Shown here: piece after piece, positions 50,267 to 64,000 of the stretch
How positions within the stretch are numbered: position 1 is the first letter of the stretch
Layout of the letters: each line of letters begins with the position of its first letter
Assembly: GCF_009914755.1 (NCBI RefSeq)
Contig: NC_060927.1
DNA: 64,000 bases
Source: the human T2T-CHM13v2.0 reference genome, Homo sapiens
Strand: one strand, 5' to 3'
Notes under the pieces: generated by a model
Database searches by the model: none
Seen by the model: the letters and a program-made list of their open reading frames with translations, nothing else
What the model was told of the DNA's origin: nothing
Position numbers and translations under genes: made by a program

Positions 50267-50302
<36 letters not shown>
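50259..50302. repeat. Interrupted (CA)n microsatellite
   Basis: Direct reading. Confidence 0.95.
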
Positions 50303-50304
<2 letters not shown>

Positions 50305-51077
50305 TAAGCTCTAGAGGTACTCCCAAAAAATCCTGCTAAAAACAATTACCTTTGGAAAATGACTCCAAACTTTCTTATTATAGGTGTGGATTACTTTAAT
50401 TCTGTATGCAATTTTAAAATGGCAGAGTTTTAGAGCATAAGAAAAAAGCAATGATTAGTGGTTAACTATTTATTTGAAATAAAATAAATATGCGAAAACA
50501 ATATTTGGTTTTAATAAAGAATATAAAAAAAGTTCCTTTATAATCTGGGATCTCAAAAAAGACATTACACAACATATTATAGGTAGCACAAAGGAACTGC
50601 AGATAGGGGCGTTCTGCTAGGCTCATACCCATGAGGGGAATCAATAGACTATCCTTCAAGGTTAGAACACAACAATTTACTTATAGTGGTTTATTGAGTA
50701 CTTAGTTCAATATGAGTGGACATTTTGTCAATAGCATTCTAATAGATGCTACAGATGACAGCTCAATGCTATAATATAAAAGCTGGAAGGCCATATAATA
50801 AAATCTATAGGTCCCTGGAGTCAGAGGATGATCATTTGTAGAGGACCTGAAGAAAAACACCAAGAAATGTCTTCTTGCAGGGCTTAATGATGGTTTTGGT
50901 TATTATGGATTGCATTAGTGAAATACACTGGTGCCATTTTTATATATTCTTTTATCTTATAAAATTCTAGTAAATGAAAGGTGAAATTAGAAAGCTTTTC
51001 TTCTAATTTGAATTAGGCTGGAAGCTTATCAATGTAAACACATTTCCCAATTAAGTTAGACAATATGCAGAACTCAC

Positions 51078-51113
51078 CACCTGGGCATAATCCTGTTGGT
51101 TCAAAATAAGAGA
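51078..51113 (-). CDS. Candidate 36-nt symmetric exon (SLILNQQDYAQV or xSYFEPTGLCPG)
   Basis: Minus strand ttacctcctcattacag|TCT...GTG|gtgagt, in non-repeat DNA. Confidence 0.3.
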
Positions 51114-52054
51114 CTGTAATGAGGAGGTAAATTAACTCACTCAGTTCTATACTCAATTTGTAAGTTTCCAGAACAAAGCTAAAGTGTTTACACGAGTTAT
51201 ATTTGTGCCAATGTTCAAAGCATAAGTAAGGCAGTATTCCTAGAAGGCACAGTCTATTAGTCTTTTAAAAAATATGTTCAACTAGATATCACGTTCATTT
51301 TATGGGGAGAAGTATAATACAGTACACAGCATTTTCACATTTGATTTCTGAAGCATCCCTTATTTTCATTTTCCTTTTCTCTAAAACTGGATTTACATAT
51401 TATTTAAACAATATTTGGGGATGAATTAAAATATGCATTCAAATTGTTTCTAAGGTTGATTAAATGTTAGCAGCTCCCAGGCTCTCTTTTTAATTTTTTA
51501 GAAATTCTTTTCCATGGGGATTATGTCCATTCTCACCCGAGTTTTAAATGTTTTTTATATGTTCATAACTCAATCTAGATATTCAGCCCTAACTCATTCC
51601 TTGAACTCCAAACTGTTTAATTGAATCTCTTCCTGGATATTTCACAGATATTTCAAATGAAACCCACCAAAGACAAAGAATCCTTAATTCCTTACCAACA
51701 CCACCTCCCAATGGCTCAAATCATTAACTTAAGTCATGCTTGACTCACATTTCTGTGCTAAAAGTTTATCAGTTACATGTTGAATCCACTCATTTCTCTT
51801 TCTCCTATACTATCACTCTTGCCCAGGCACCACACAGTTCCTGGCTTCACAGCCTTCTAGCTGGTCTCCCTGCTTCCATTCTTACTCCTCTAGTCAATAC
51901 CCTCAAGAGCATCCAGGATGACCATCTTACATGGGGATCAGATTATCTCACCGTATTTCATTGGCCTCACACTGCTCTGAGAATGGAATCTAAATTCCTA
52001 GCTAAAAAGGACTAGAAATTATCCTGCCTCACTCACCAGGTGTCATTCTCTATA

Positions 52055-52510
52055 GTCAGAGACTCAAAGGAAACAGAATTCATCCCACATAGTTAAAATG
52101 AAGAGACTATCATGAAACAATTCCTTACACAGGTGTGGGCAAGGTTGAGGAAACAAAGGGATGGTTAGGCACCCCCAAAATAGAAACAATGGGCAGCCTT
52201 TACCATTCCTAGGTATAAAGGGGCAAGGGAAGGAACTAGAGTCAGAGCAATTGGATCCTTATAGAAAGGGTCATCAGTAGGAAGTCCAAAGCAAAAAAAG
52301 AGGGAAGGAATACCCTGGCTTCTCTCTCATCCTGTCTTCTGATCTCTTGCTGGTACTTCTCACTGGCTGGGAGGCTTGAGGAAATCAAAAGCCTGAGGTC
52401 AAGGGAGTCTGGGTGATTCATATGGTATGACGTAGGAGGACAGGAGCGGGCTACCTCCCAGGACACAGAGCAAGTGAGAGAATGGCAGGGAACAGATCTA
52501 GAGGGGTGGA
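52055..52510 (-). mobile_element. Very old MLT1-type LTR relic
   Basis: ACAGGTGTGGGCAAGGTTGAGGAAAC and CAAGGGAGTCTGGGTGAT motifs; diverged. Confidence 0.5.
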
Positions 52511-52518
52511 AGGGAGGA

Positions 52519-53455
52519 TTTTTCTTTTTGTTTTGGGGGTACATGTGAAAGTTTGTTACATGGGTGAGTTGCGTGTCACTGAAGTTTGGTGTACAAATGA
52601 TCTTGTCACCTAGGTAGTGAGCATAGTACCTACCTAACATGTAGTTTTTCAACCCTCGCCGTCCTCCCACCTTCCCCCTACTAGTAGTCCTCAGTGTCTT
52701 TTGTTCCCCTCTTTGTGTCTGTGTGTACTCAATGTTTAGCTCCCACTTTAAGTGAGAATATGTGGTATTTGGTTTTCTGTTCTGGTGTTAATTCACTTAG
52801 GAAAATGGACCCCAGCTGCATCCATGTTGCTGCAAAGGACATGGTTTTGTTCTTTTTTATGGCTACATAGTATTCCATGGTATATATGTTATATGTACCA
52901 CATTGTAGGATGAGTGCACCTGATAGCATAATTTAAGCATACCCTTAGAATGATCCTGTATGGCAGATGCACCTGAATATGTGTTCAGAGCTAGGGAATC
53001 CTGGAATGGCCAACCTGAAGATTCATTCCTTATCTATGATAAACATTTAAATGCCCGTCCCATCCCATGGAACATAGGCTGTACAGGGGATTGGGGCCTC
53101 GAATTCTGGGTTAAATGAAGGTTTCCAGGTGGAGGTTGTTAGGGGGAGGGTGGTTAGTGAAAATGCTACATAAATTCCATGCCATTTGCAAGTGGTCCTG
53201 GTTCTCTTGCCCAGCCCACTGCTACTGGGCCAGGTGAATATGTTATCCAGCCCGCCACCACTGGACTGTTTATGTATGTTAGGCAGTTCTCCTGTCCAGC
53301 CCACCACCACTGGACACTCTCCTCTGTATGGAAGCACCGAATAAAACCCCATGTCTCCTTTGCTGGCTATTGGTCTCTTCTTCGGCCTCTTGAACCTGGT
53401 GCCTTCCCTACTGAGGTTAGTAGGAGTTCGGCAAACACAGTTTCTTTATCCAGTA
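52519..53455 (-). mobile_element. Older L1PA 3' end interrupted by an LTR
   Basis: GGGGTACATGTGAAAGTTTGTTACATGGGT...GTACCACAT, resuming as TTTCTTTATCCAGT at ~53441. Confidence 0.85.
52904..53437 (+). mobile_element. LTR47-like (ERVL) solo LTR
   Basis: TGTAGGATGAGTGCACCTGATAGCA...TTAAGCATACCCT, AATAAA ~53340, degenerate TSD CACAT/CACAG. Confidence 0.75.
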
Positions 53456-55007
53456 GGTGGAAGGGAGATTAATCAGCATATGTGCCAGTCTCACTCTCGC
53501 CAGCTTCACACTTGGTGTGTCCTTATCACAGGGATTTGCACAAGCTTTTTTTTTCAGCGGGTACACTATGCTTTCTACTCTTCACATGACTAGTTCTTCA
53601 TTCTTCTTCAGATCTTAATTTAAATATTCTTATCACCTTATCTAAGTAGGTATCTCGTTGGTAAGTCCTTTGCCAGTTTTTTTCAGAGTACTTACCACAA
53701 TTTGTAACTATTTTATTTGCTTGCTTTTCTGTCTTCTCCTCCAGAATATGAGGGCAGCAACAATCTGTCTAGCAAATGCCTGCCTCACAGTAGGTGTTGA
53801 ATAAATAGTAACTGAATAAATGTTGGCCAAATTATATAGCAAAATCATAAGACTATGTGTAGAGACAATGAATTTATAGAAATATATCCAGGAATTCTAA
53901 ACTGAGGCAGCACTGAAGAAAATGCACTTACTCTTTATTTTTCTATACAGCATAATCTTAGCTTAAAAAAATGAAAAGTCTTTATGTAAAGTAAAAATTT
54001 GCATTGATAAATGCTCCATTCCTTGTTTACTTAAAAGGAGAATGTCTATTATGGTCCAATGGTCTAAAAGAGAATAACTGCATCATTTAAAAGCAAGGTT
54101 ATGCTCATTTCTTTTACTGCTTTTTCTATAGCAATAGCCTAAAATCACCTGTTTTGGTATGTGATACTGTTGGTACTAACATATTAGTCATTTTCACATC
54201 TTTTTTCCTTTTTTTTTTAATTGAAGAAAGTGAACTAAGGAACAGGGAGTAGCTCTGAGTATATGAATATTTGGCTGTACATACCATTTTTTAGATGTGA
54301 TGAGATGGTAACTGCAAAACACATTCTACAGTGGTGACAACACTTTCACATGATTGTATATTTAAACACCGAAGTGCTTCTCTTATCTCCTGTGAAAGAG
54401 GAGCACCAGGTAATGCTACACCTCAAAGCATTTTAACTTTCATTATGAATGGCAGGGGTCTATTCGCTTTTGCAGAAACAGTCTGTAAGAAGCAACCTTT
54501 GACTTCACTTATACACCACATTATTTTTAAAGGCAGCTGCATTTATAATGACTGATCTCCACTTAAGACCTATTCAACAAGGTACACCTTAACATCTAAG
54601 CTGTTAACAGAGATTAAAGTTAATCTTCAGTGATGGCAGGAGTGGAAATGCCAGGAAATATCCTAATTCTGGAAGGAGGCAAAAGTGAAAGTAAAGGTAG
54701 GTGGGGAAATAGCAGAGGAGGATCAAGGAATACTGGATGGCTAACAGGTAAATGAAAATGATTGTTGCCAAGACACTGGGTGGCTAGAGCAGGCCTGATG
54801 ACATGATGGTTCTTGCTGAATAAGAAAGGGCAGCAGCACCAGCTGAGGAAAGCTATGCATGTTATGATGACCATTTTTGCCATCACCTGTGTCCTGAAAG
54901 TGCCTGGGGTGAGCAAAGACCATGGAGGCAGGTGGAATTGGTTTTAAATTCTGGCTCTGCCACTTACACTATTTGCAAAACTTGAGCAAGTCATTGTCAA
55001 AGCATCA

Positions 55008-55617
55008 CAAGAGGTCCTCTAATAACATCTTTTCATTCAACATCATTCCCTCATAGTGCTGATGGGGAAAAAAACAGATTCCCAGCTGGGGCCCCTGTCT
55101 GTGTGGAGTCCATACATTCTCCCCATGTCTGCATGGGTTTTCTCTGTGCACTCTGGTTTCCTCCCACATCCCAAAGACACGCATGTCAGGTTCACCAGCA
55201 GGTCTACATGGCCCAGCTGTAGTGAGTAGGGTGTGTGTGAGTGCGTTCTGCCTGTGATGGGATGGTGTCCTGTCCAGGTGGGTTCCTGCCTTGTGCCCTG
55301 TGCTGATGGGACAAGCTCTGGCCACCCACAACCCTGAACTAAACTATTTGGGGAAATAATTGTCTTACTTGCTTTAACTGATGTTTCTTAAATGTATAGC
55401 TCACATTTATTTCAATATTAGAAGTGATTAATAGTACAAGTGTTTGGGGTCTTTATTTAGAAGCCTGGTGATATTTTTGTGACCAGAAATAGGATATAAG
55501 AACTTAAGTATTGTTTGAATCAATTAACTTATGGTGAAGTTGGTTCTGTTATAGGTTGTTTTGCTTGAAGTCTCAATTTCTAAGAACCTATTGATGACAT
55601 TAGGTGAGAAATTACTG
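55008..55617 (+). mobile_element. MER6/MER6A (TcMar-Tigger) inserted in a MIR
   Basis: CTGTCTGTGTGGAGT...TTCTCCCCATGTCTGCATGGGTTTTCTC...GGTTTCCTCCCACATCCCAAAGA core; ends ...TTACTG|TA. Confidence 0.85.
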
Positions 55618-56831
55618 TAGTTTCTTCTTCTGTTAAATGAGGCTAAAACCTAATTTGCCAAGTTACTGTAAAAACAGGAGGCTAGCCTCTTTAGGATCTG
55701 TTCCCCTGCCCAACTAAATTACTTAAATGGAACCAAAATAACCAAATGATTAGCCTTTCTCAGGTAGGAAGTCACATGTGGATGTGCGAAGGCTTACAAT
55801 CAGAATTAAAGGATATAAATTAAACAGTTGAAGCAAATATTTTTCATGAGCAACCTAATCATGAAACACAGAGTAACTTCTGACATTTTAGAAAACACTG
55901 AGGTAAGCCCTGACTGTAGCCAGGAAGCTATAGTGCATGTGTAGCTGGCATATCTGACAGGCAAATACTGGCCTTTTCTGGTATCCTGTATCTCACAAGC
56001 AGTGCTCCCTGAAAATTAATACTTACTGAGGGTTTACATACCACTGGCAAGACATTGGGGATATAAGAATTCTGGACATGGCCTATTCTCTGGTAAAAGT
56101 TTTATAACTTTTTGTCAGATATTTAGAGTGGCGAAGTAAAAAAAAAAAAAAAAAGTGGGAGGAAAGGAGTCAGGAAATTTGAAAACTGAAGGAGACAATA
56201 TAAACTCAGCTCCCCTTGGCAAGCAGGAGCAGCCTCACACCTTCCGTGTTTGTCTCTCCCCACTCTACCCTGGTACCAAGGCTAGAACTCTGCATAAGAA
56301 CCTGAAAGAAGTGTGGGAAGGAGGATGCAAGAAGAGGAGAGGAACCTGTCACCAAAGTACAATTTTGCCTGGGGAAAGCCCAGCCCCTTCCTCTCAGGAA
56401 CTGAATGGGGAAAGGCATGAGGTGGTTCCTCCCTAGAATGAATGGAACTGAAGAGGAAAGGATCCGGAAGTAGGCTAGTGAGTGCCAAGGCCTGCATAGC
56501 TCTTTGTTCCTGGGTGGAGCAAAAAGAGAGAAAAAAATGCGGGGAAGCATCAGGCAGCTTCATTAGCACCCTACCATTTACCTTCCTTCCTAGCCTTCTT
56601 CCAGGTTCTTCCCAGCTCTTTTGCCACCACTGGCTTCCCCACTCCCCTGCCTTATAATAGCATCCTATCCCTGACCTTCATACTTCCCATCTTCTTTCTA
56701 CGCGTCAAGAGAGCCAAAGGCTTTTCCTTGTCTATATTTTCTCAAGATTGCAAATCTCTACGAAAAGCAACCTAATTGCCTCATAGTTGACAGCTCCCTC
56801 AAACTATGAGTGTTACTCAAGAAAAGTATTA

Positions 56832-57204
<373 letters not shown>

Positions 57205-57599
57205 CTACCATTTCTAATGCAGATAGTTCAAGGAGCACATGAGAAACATGGCTGACTTCACTAGAGAAGCACTCCTCTGGCTTTTAGTTTTCATCAATTT
57301 CTGCCTTTTCTTGGCTAAACTCAGCAATATCCACTCTAATCCCAGGTCCTGATGCATTCTTGCTATATTCTTCAAGCCTAACCTTAACCTAGTTCTGTAT
57401 TATCCCAGTGATAGTGGTGATGCTGTGATTTACCAGATACCTTAACTCCAGGGCTACAGCTAAGTTACTTTCCACAAAGGTCCCAGAAGATTGATTCTTT
57501 GCAGCCAAGGTCATGACTAGATGATATGTTCTGTCAAGCAAAGAGAATCACAAAACCTGGCCTGCAAGTGAAAGAGGAAGGACAGAGTGGAAGCTAAGC

Positions 57600-57835
57600 T
57601 AACAACAGGCTTTGCAGTCAGACTGCATAGGCACAAATCATGGTTCTTCCACCCATTAGCCTGTAGTACTTGGGGCAAGTTAGGGCTCCCTCTTCTCAAT
57701 TTCCTCACCTTTAATCTAGGAATAAAAGTAGTCTCTATCTTGTAAAATTGCTATAAGGATTGAATGCAATAATGTATGTAAATTGCTTAGTATAGTCTGA
57801 ATAAGGTATTTGTGTGCACTATGTGTTAGCTGTTA
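57600..57835 (+). mobile_element. MIR relic
   Basis: GGCTTTGCAGTCAGACT...TTGGGGCAAGTTA...CTCAATTTCCTCACCT. Confidence 0.75.
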
Positions 57836-58662
57836 CTAAGTTTTATTCATATTCTAGAACTTTGAGGTTACAACAAAGTATTTATTCAAATACTGAGGAA
57901 TGAGCCACCTTTGTTAATCCAGCTTTCCACAAAAAGAAGATGGCTGTCAGTATGACAAGAATGAAATTCAGGCTCTGAACTTCCATAAGAGAACGTCAAC
58001 TCTGCTTCCGGTCTGGTATCTAAAGTATATTGATCCTACCTTAAGCAACAGCACTGAGTTTCAGCACTTTAGGCGCTTGTCAAAAATTCAACTACGAACT
58101 GGCTGAATTTAGCACTTGCCAAAGGATTGCTTGAAATGCCTCATTTTCTGAACCATATTATATTTTCTCCCTAAAGAAGTGCCTTCACAAAGTTGAGATT
58201 TAATGTTTTGTCCTTGTTTCTTTTTCTTTTTTTTTTTTTATGGAGAATCAATATAACAAAAATCCATTTGAAGGAAACTTTATGTCTTTTGTAAAAATCA
58301 TATCCTGGACAGCAAATAGGTTTCGTCTTAAGTTCCAGTGTCAAATGATTGGTAGTGACTGTCTGGAGTGCTCTGTTAAGAAGGACAGCAAGGTTGAAAT
58401 GATCGATTAGCACTGTTTGCCTCGGACATCACTGAGGAAGTATGTTGCCTTAGTGATAAAGTTATCCACCCTACCACTGCCATAGTTGAAAGCCTGATGC
58501 ATTATCTGTAATGTAAGGACCTGCTAAATGTATATATCCCTTCTTAAATTCAATGCCATTGGCTTCCCACTACCGAGCTTGATAGCTCTTAATGCCTCTG
58601 TCTGAGTTGTCTGCCTCCCATCATCAAGTAGCCCTCCAAACTTGAAGATAAAGTTACCTTAA

Positions 58663-61278
<2,616 letters not shown>

Positions 61279-62094
61279 AAAAGTTTCTAGAATCAATTCA
61301 CACAGGAGGAGATTGGAAGACAGGATTTTTCTCAAATGAAAGCGAAAAGAGTAAGGTAAGGAAATTTAGTGTGGGTTGGATAATATGAATGAAAGAGCCT
61401 GATTAGTGGTATTAAGCATATGCAGATGAAGAGGGTCTGAACAGAAAAAGGAGAGCCAAAGTGGGGGGAAAGAATTTGAAGAAAAATATTCTGATCATGG
61501 GCCATTAGGATAATGATGGTACTTGAGACAGCTCAAAATGATAAATCATTACAGTTTGTTTTAAGAAATTCTTTGCCAGAATCATTTCAGTGATATTAAA
61601 TTGTTTAAGTGGACATCTGTGGAGTGCTATGGCAACTGGGTGGGTTTTATGGGCCAGTCTGGTACATCTATTAAAACAGCTACACCTGTTTTATGGAAGC
61701 TGTTTGCAACGCTCCTTTGCCAAATATAAATCTGGCTAATCCTACTTTTTTGTCATTTTAATTCTATAGATTACTTAAACCAGAAGGAATGTGGGTGCAC
61801 TAAATTGTTTCCAATTTAACAAACAAAACATGTTTTTTTAAAGCACGAAAACCATACTCAATTTAGATGGCAGTTTTAGAACTTATGGTTCAGTTTTATA
61901 TATTTTCTATTTGAAAGATTTACACAACAAAATCAGAGCAAAACACTCTAATGGGAAAGCATAAAAGAGACTGCCTATTCTTATTCTACTCAAAGATTTG
62001 CTTATTGGAAATAGGGTAAATATTTTATCATCCAAATTTAATAATAATCACCATAACACACCAAAATAGAAATTGTTATAAATATCAACAGTAA

Positions 62095-62345
62095 TAATTA
62101 TAATAATAAATACCTATATATGGCTTAATCTGTGCCAAGTGCTATTCAAAATGCTTTATGGATGTTGTTTAATCTTCAAGCAACCCCATGGGATATGTCC
62201 TTTTATTATTCCCATTTTATGGATGAGGAAACTGAGGCACAAGGACACTAAGTAACCTACCTAGGATCACATGGCTAGTGAGTATCAGAACCAGAATTCC
62301 AACCCAGGCAGTCTGGCCCTAGCATCTGTCATTTAAACCACTTTG
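62095..62345 (-). mobile_element. MIR
   Basis: CCCATTTTATGGATGAGGAAACTGAGGCAC...CCCAGGCAGTCTGGC. Confidence 0.85.
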
Positions 62346-63314
62346 ATATATACTGTCTTCACCCTTGACCCAGAAATTCTAATGCATATGTGTAAGGCAT
62401 GATTTCAGGAGTTAAGTTGGGCTATTTCTGAACTTTATAATGATATCTCACCATTTCTTTGCCTGTCATTAATGTTTAAATGGAAAAGGGAAAGAATGCT
62501 TATAAGTTTGGCTGGGGAGGAAAGGAAGAATCCAGTTGGCAGGACAAGTTGGTGATAGCATTCCATCCTGCTTACTAAAATTAAATTTTCTCTACTTAGA
62601 TAAAACCTTTCTTTTGAAGTGCCCAAGAGAACTTCTGCAGTAAATCATCAATAATTGTTATTGGCTTCCTATTTCTTTGTTGTGACACTATATTTGTCAG
62701 AATATCCCTGAGTGGTCACTGTTTTTTGAACTGTGAACTTAGTGGTGATGGTATAGCTTCTGAATTGGTTTCTGACAACTTTTGCCAGAGGATTTAGGAA
62801 TAATTATTATTCTTAGCCCCACCAAACCACATGGTGACACCAGCAAACTCTGAAATGCAACGAGCAGAATCATCACACTGCAGAGAGATGTAGCCTAATG
62901 ACATGGAAAGAGATGCCAAATCATTTTTAACTTTAGAGGGTCTTGCCTTGCAAGATTTAATTAGCTTACAGTTGAGAAGTAATTTGACATTTCAAATTAT
63001 AGTTATTTAAAGACTCTTGAATTGCTCATCATTTCACCTGATAAAACTGCAATATAAGGAGAGTCCCATGGAAAAAATGATTAGCATTAAAACAAAATCT
63101 CTACAGAGAAGGAACAAAAAGAGTGAAAAGAAAACCAGCATGGGAATCAGACAGCATTTGGATATAGCACCACAGGTGTGATGTTGGGTGGGCTATTACT
63201 GAACTTCTCTGAGGCTTTCTCATTTATAAATTATCACTTACAGAGTTTTGTGAGAGTTAAAGGAACTTGGTAAAGTTGCTGGCATGGTGTGATTGCTCAA
63301 TAAATTTTGGTTAC

Positions 63315-63636
63315 TTTTTTTGGGGGGCTGAGGGGACAGGATCTCTCTCCATCACCCAGGCTAGAGTGGCATGATCACAGCCCACTGCAGCCTTGACGTC
63401 CTGGGCTCAAGTGATCCTCCTGCCTCAGCCTCCTGAGTAGGACTGAGGCACTAGGACTGGAGGACTGGGACTACAGGAGCGCCCACAATGGCCAGCTGAT
63501 TTTTCTTAACTTTATTTTTGTAGACAGGGTTTTGCTATGTTGCCCAGACTAGTCTTGAACTCTTGTGCTCAAGCCATCCTCCTGCCTTGGCCTCCCAAAG
63601 TGTTGGGATTACAGGTGTGAGCCACTGTGCTGGGCC
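63315..63636 (-). mobile_element. AluJ with internal GGACTG expansion
   Basis: J diagnostics (ATCACAGCCCACTGCAGCCTTGA, GGCTCAAGTGATCCTCC). Confidence 0.9.
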
Positions 63637-64000
63637 AATTGTGGTTCATTTATTAATATTCTTCCTATTCTCTTTTTATACTAACACTGAAAAATTTCTC
63701 TGAGAGTCCCCATTTCTGAAGTATATTCCTTCCTCTTCAACTCTACTCTTGCTTTTCAATATCCATCATCCCTGGCCTGATTGACTGCAACAACCTCCTA
63801 ATTACACTCACCATATCTAGTTTTTTTTTCTCAGCAACTTAACACATCTTTAGAAAAATAACCAGCAATGTTATCTTCCTAATTCATAAAAACTATCAAT
63901 CCCTTGCCTACAGAATAAAATTAAAAAATCGGTGCCTATTTCTTCAGATCCATCTATCATCACTTCTCCACTCACTCCTTATTCTCCAGCCAAACCAATA

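Overview
AT-rich primate (hominoid-type, probably human) genomic DNA made up mostly of interspersed repeats. These include one full-length but dead L1PA3-type LINE-1, a twin-primed 5'-inverted L1PA4-type copy, a 5'-truncated L1PA3/4 copy, a 3'-deleted L1PA7/8-type copy, several old L1M/L1PB elements, about 14 Alus, solo LTRs (MST, THE1, MLT1, MER4, LTR33, LTR47), DNA transposons (MER6, MER44, hAT-Charlie), MIR/L2 relics and microsatellites. No intact protein-coding gene is visible, and nearly all long ORFs in the track are L1/Alu-derived. The window looks like the interior of a large minus-strand gene: there is one convincing 115-nt exon (16051-16165) and several weaker exon candidates, but I could not name the gene. 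The most unusual signals are: (i) three independently inserted L1s sharing the same non-consensus substitutions, including an identical premature ORF2 stop, in a tree-incompatible mosaic that suggests local non-allelic gene conversion; (ii) a ~230-bp, ~97%-identical templated insertion copied from 1.75 kb away inside an ancient L1; (iii) a ~300-bp GC-rich foreign-looking segment at an L1 internal deletion. Subfamily names rest on remembered consensus diagnostics and need RepeatMasker/Dfam confirmation.
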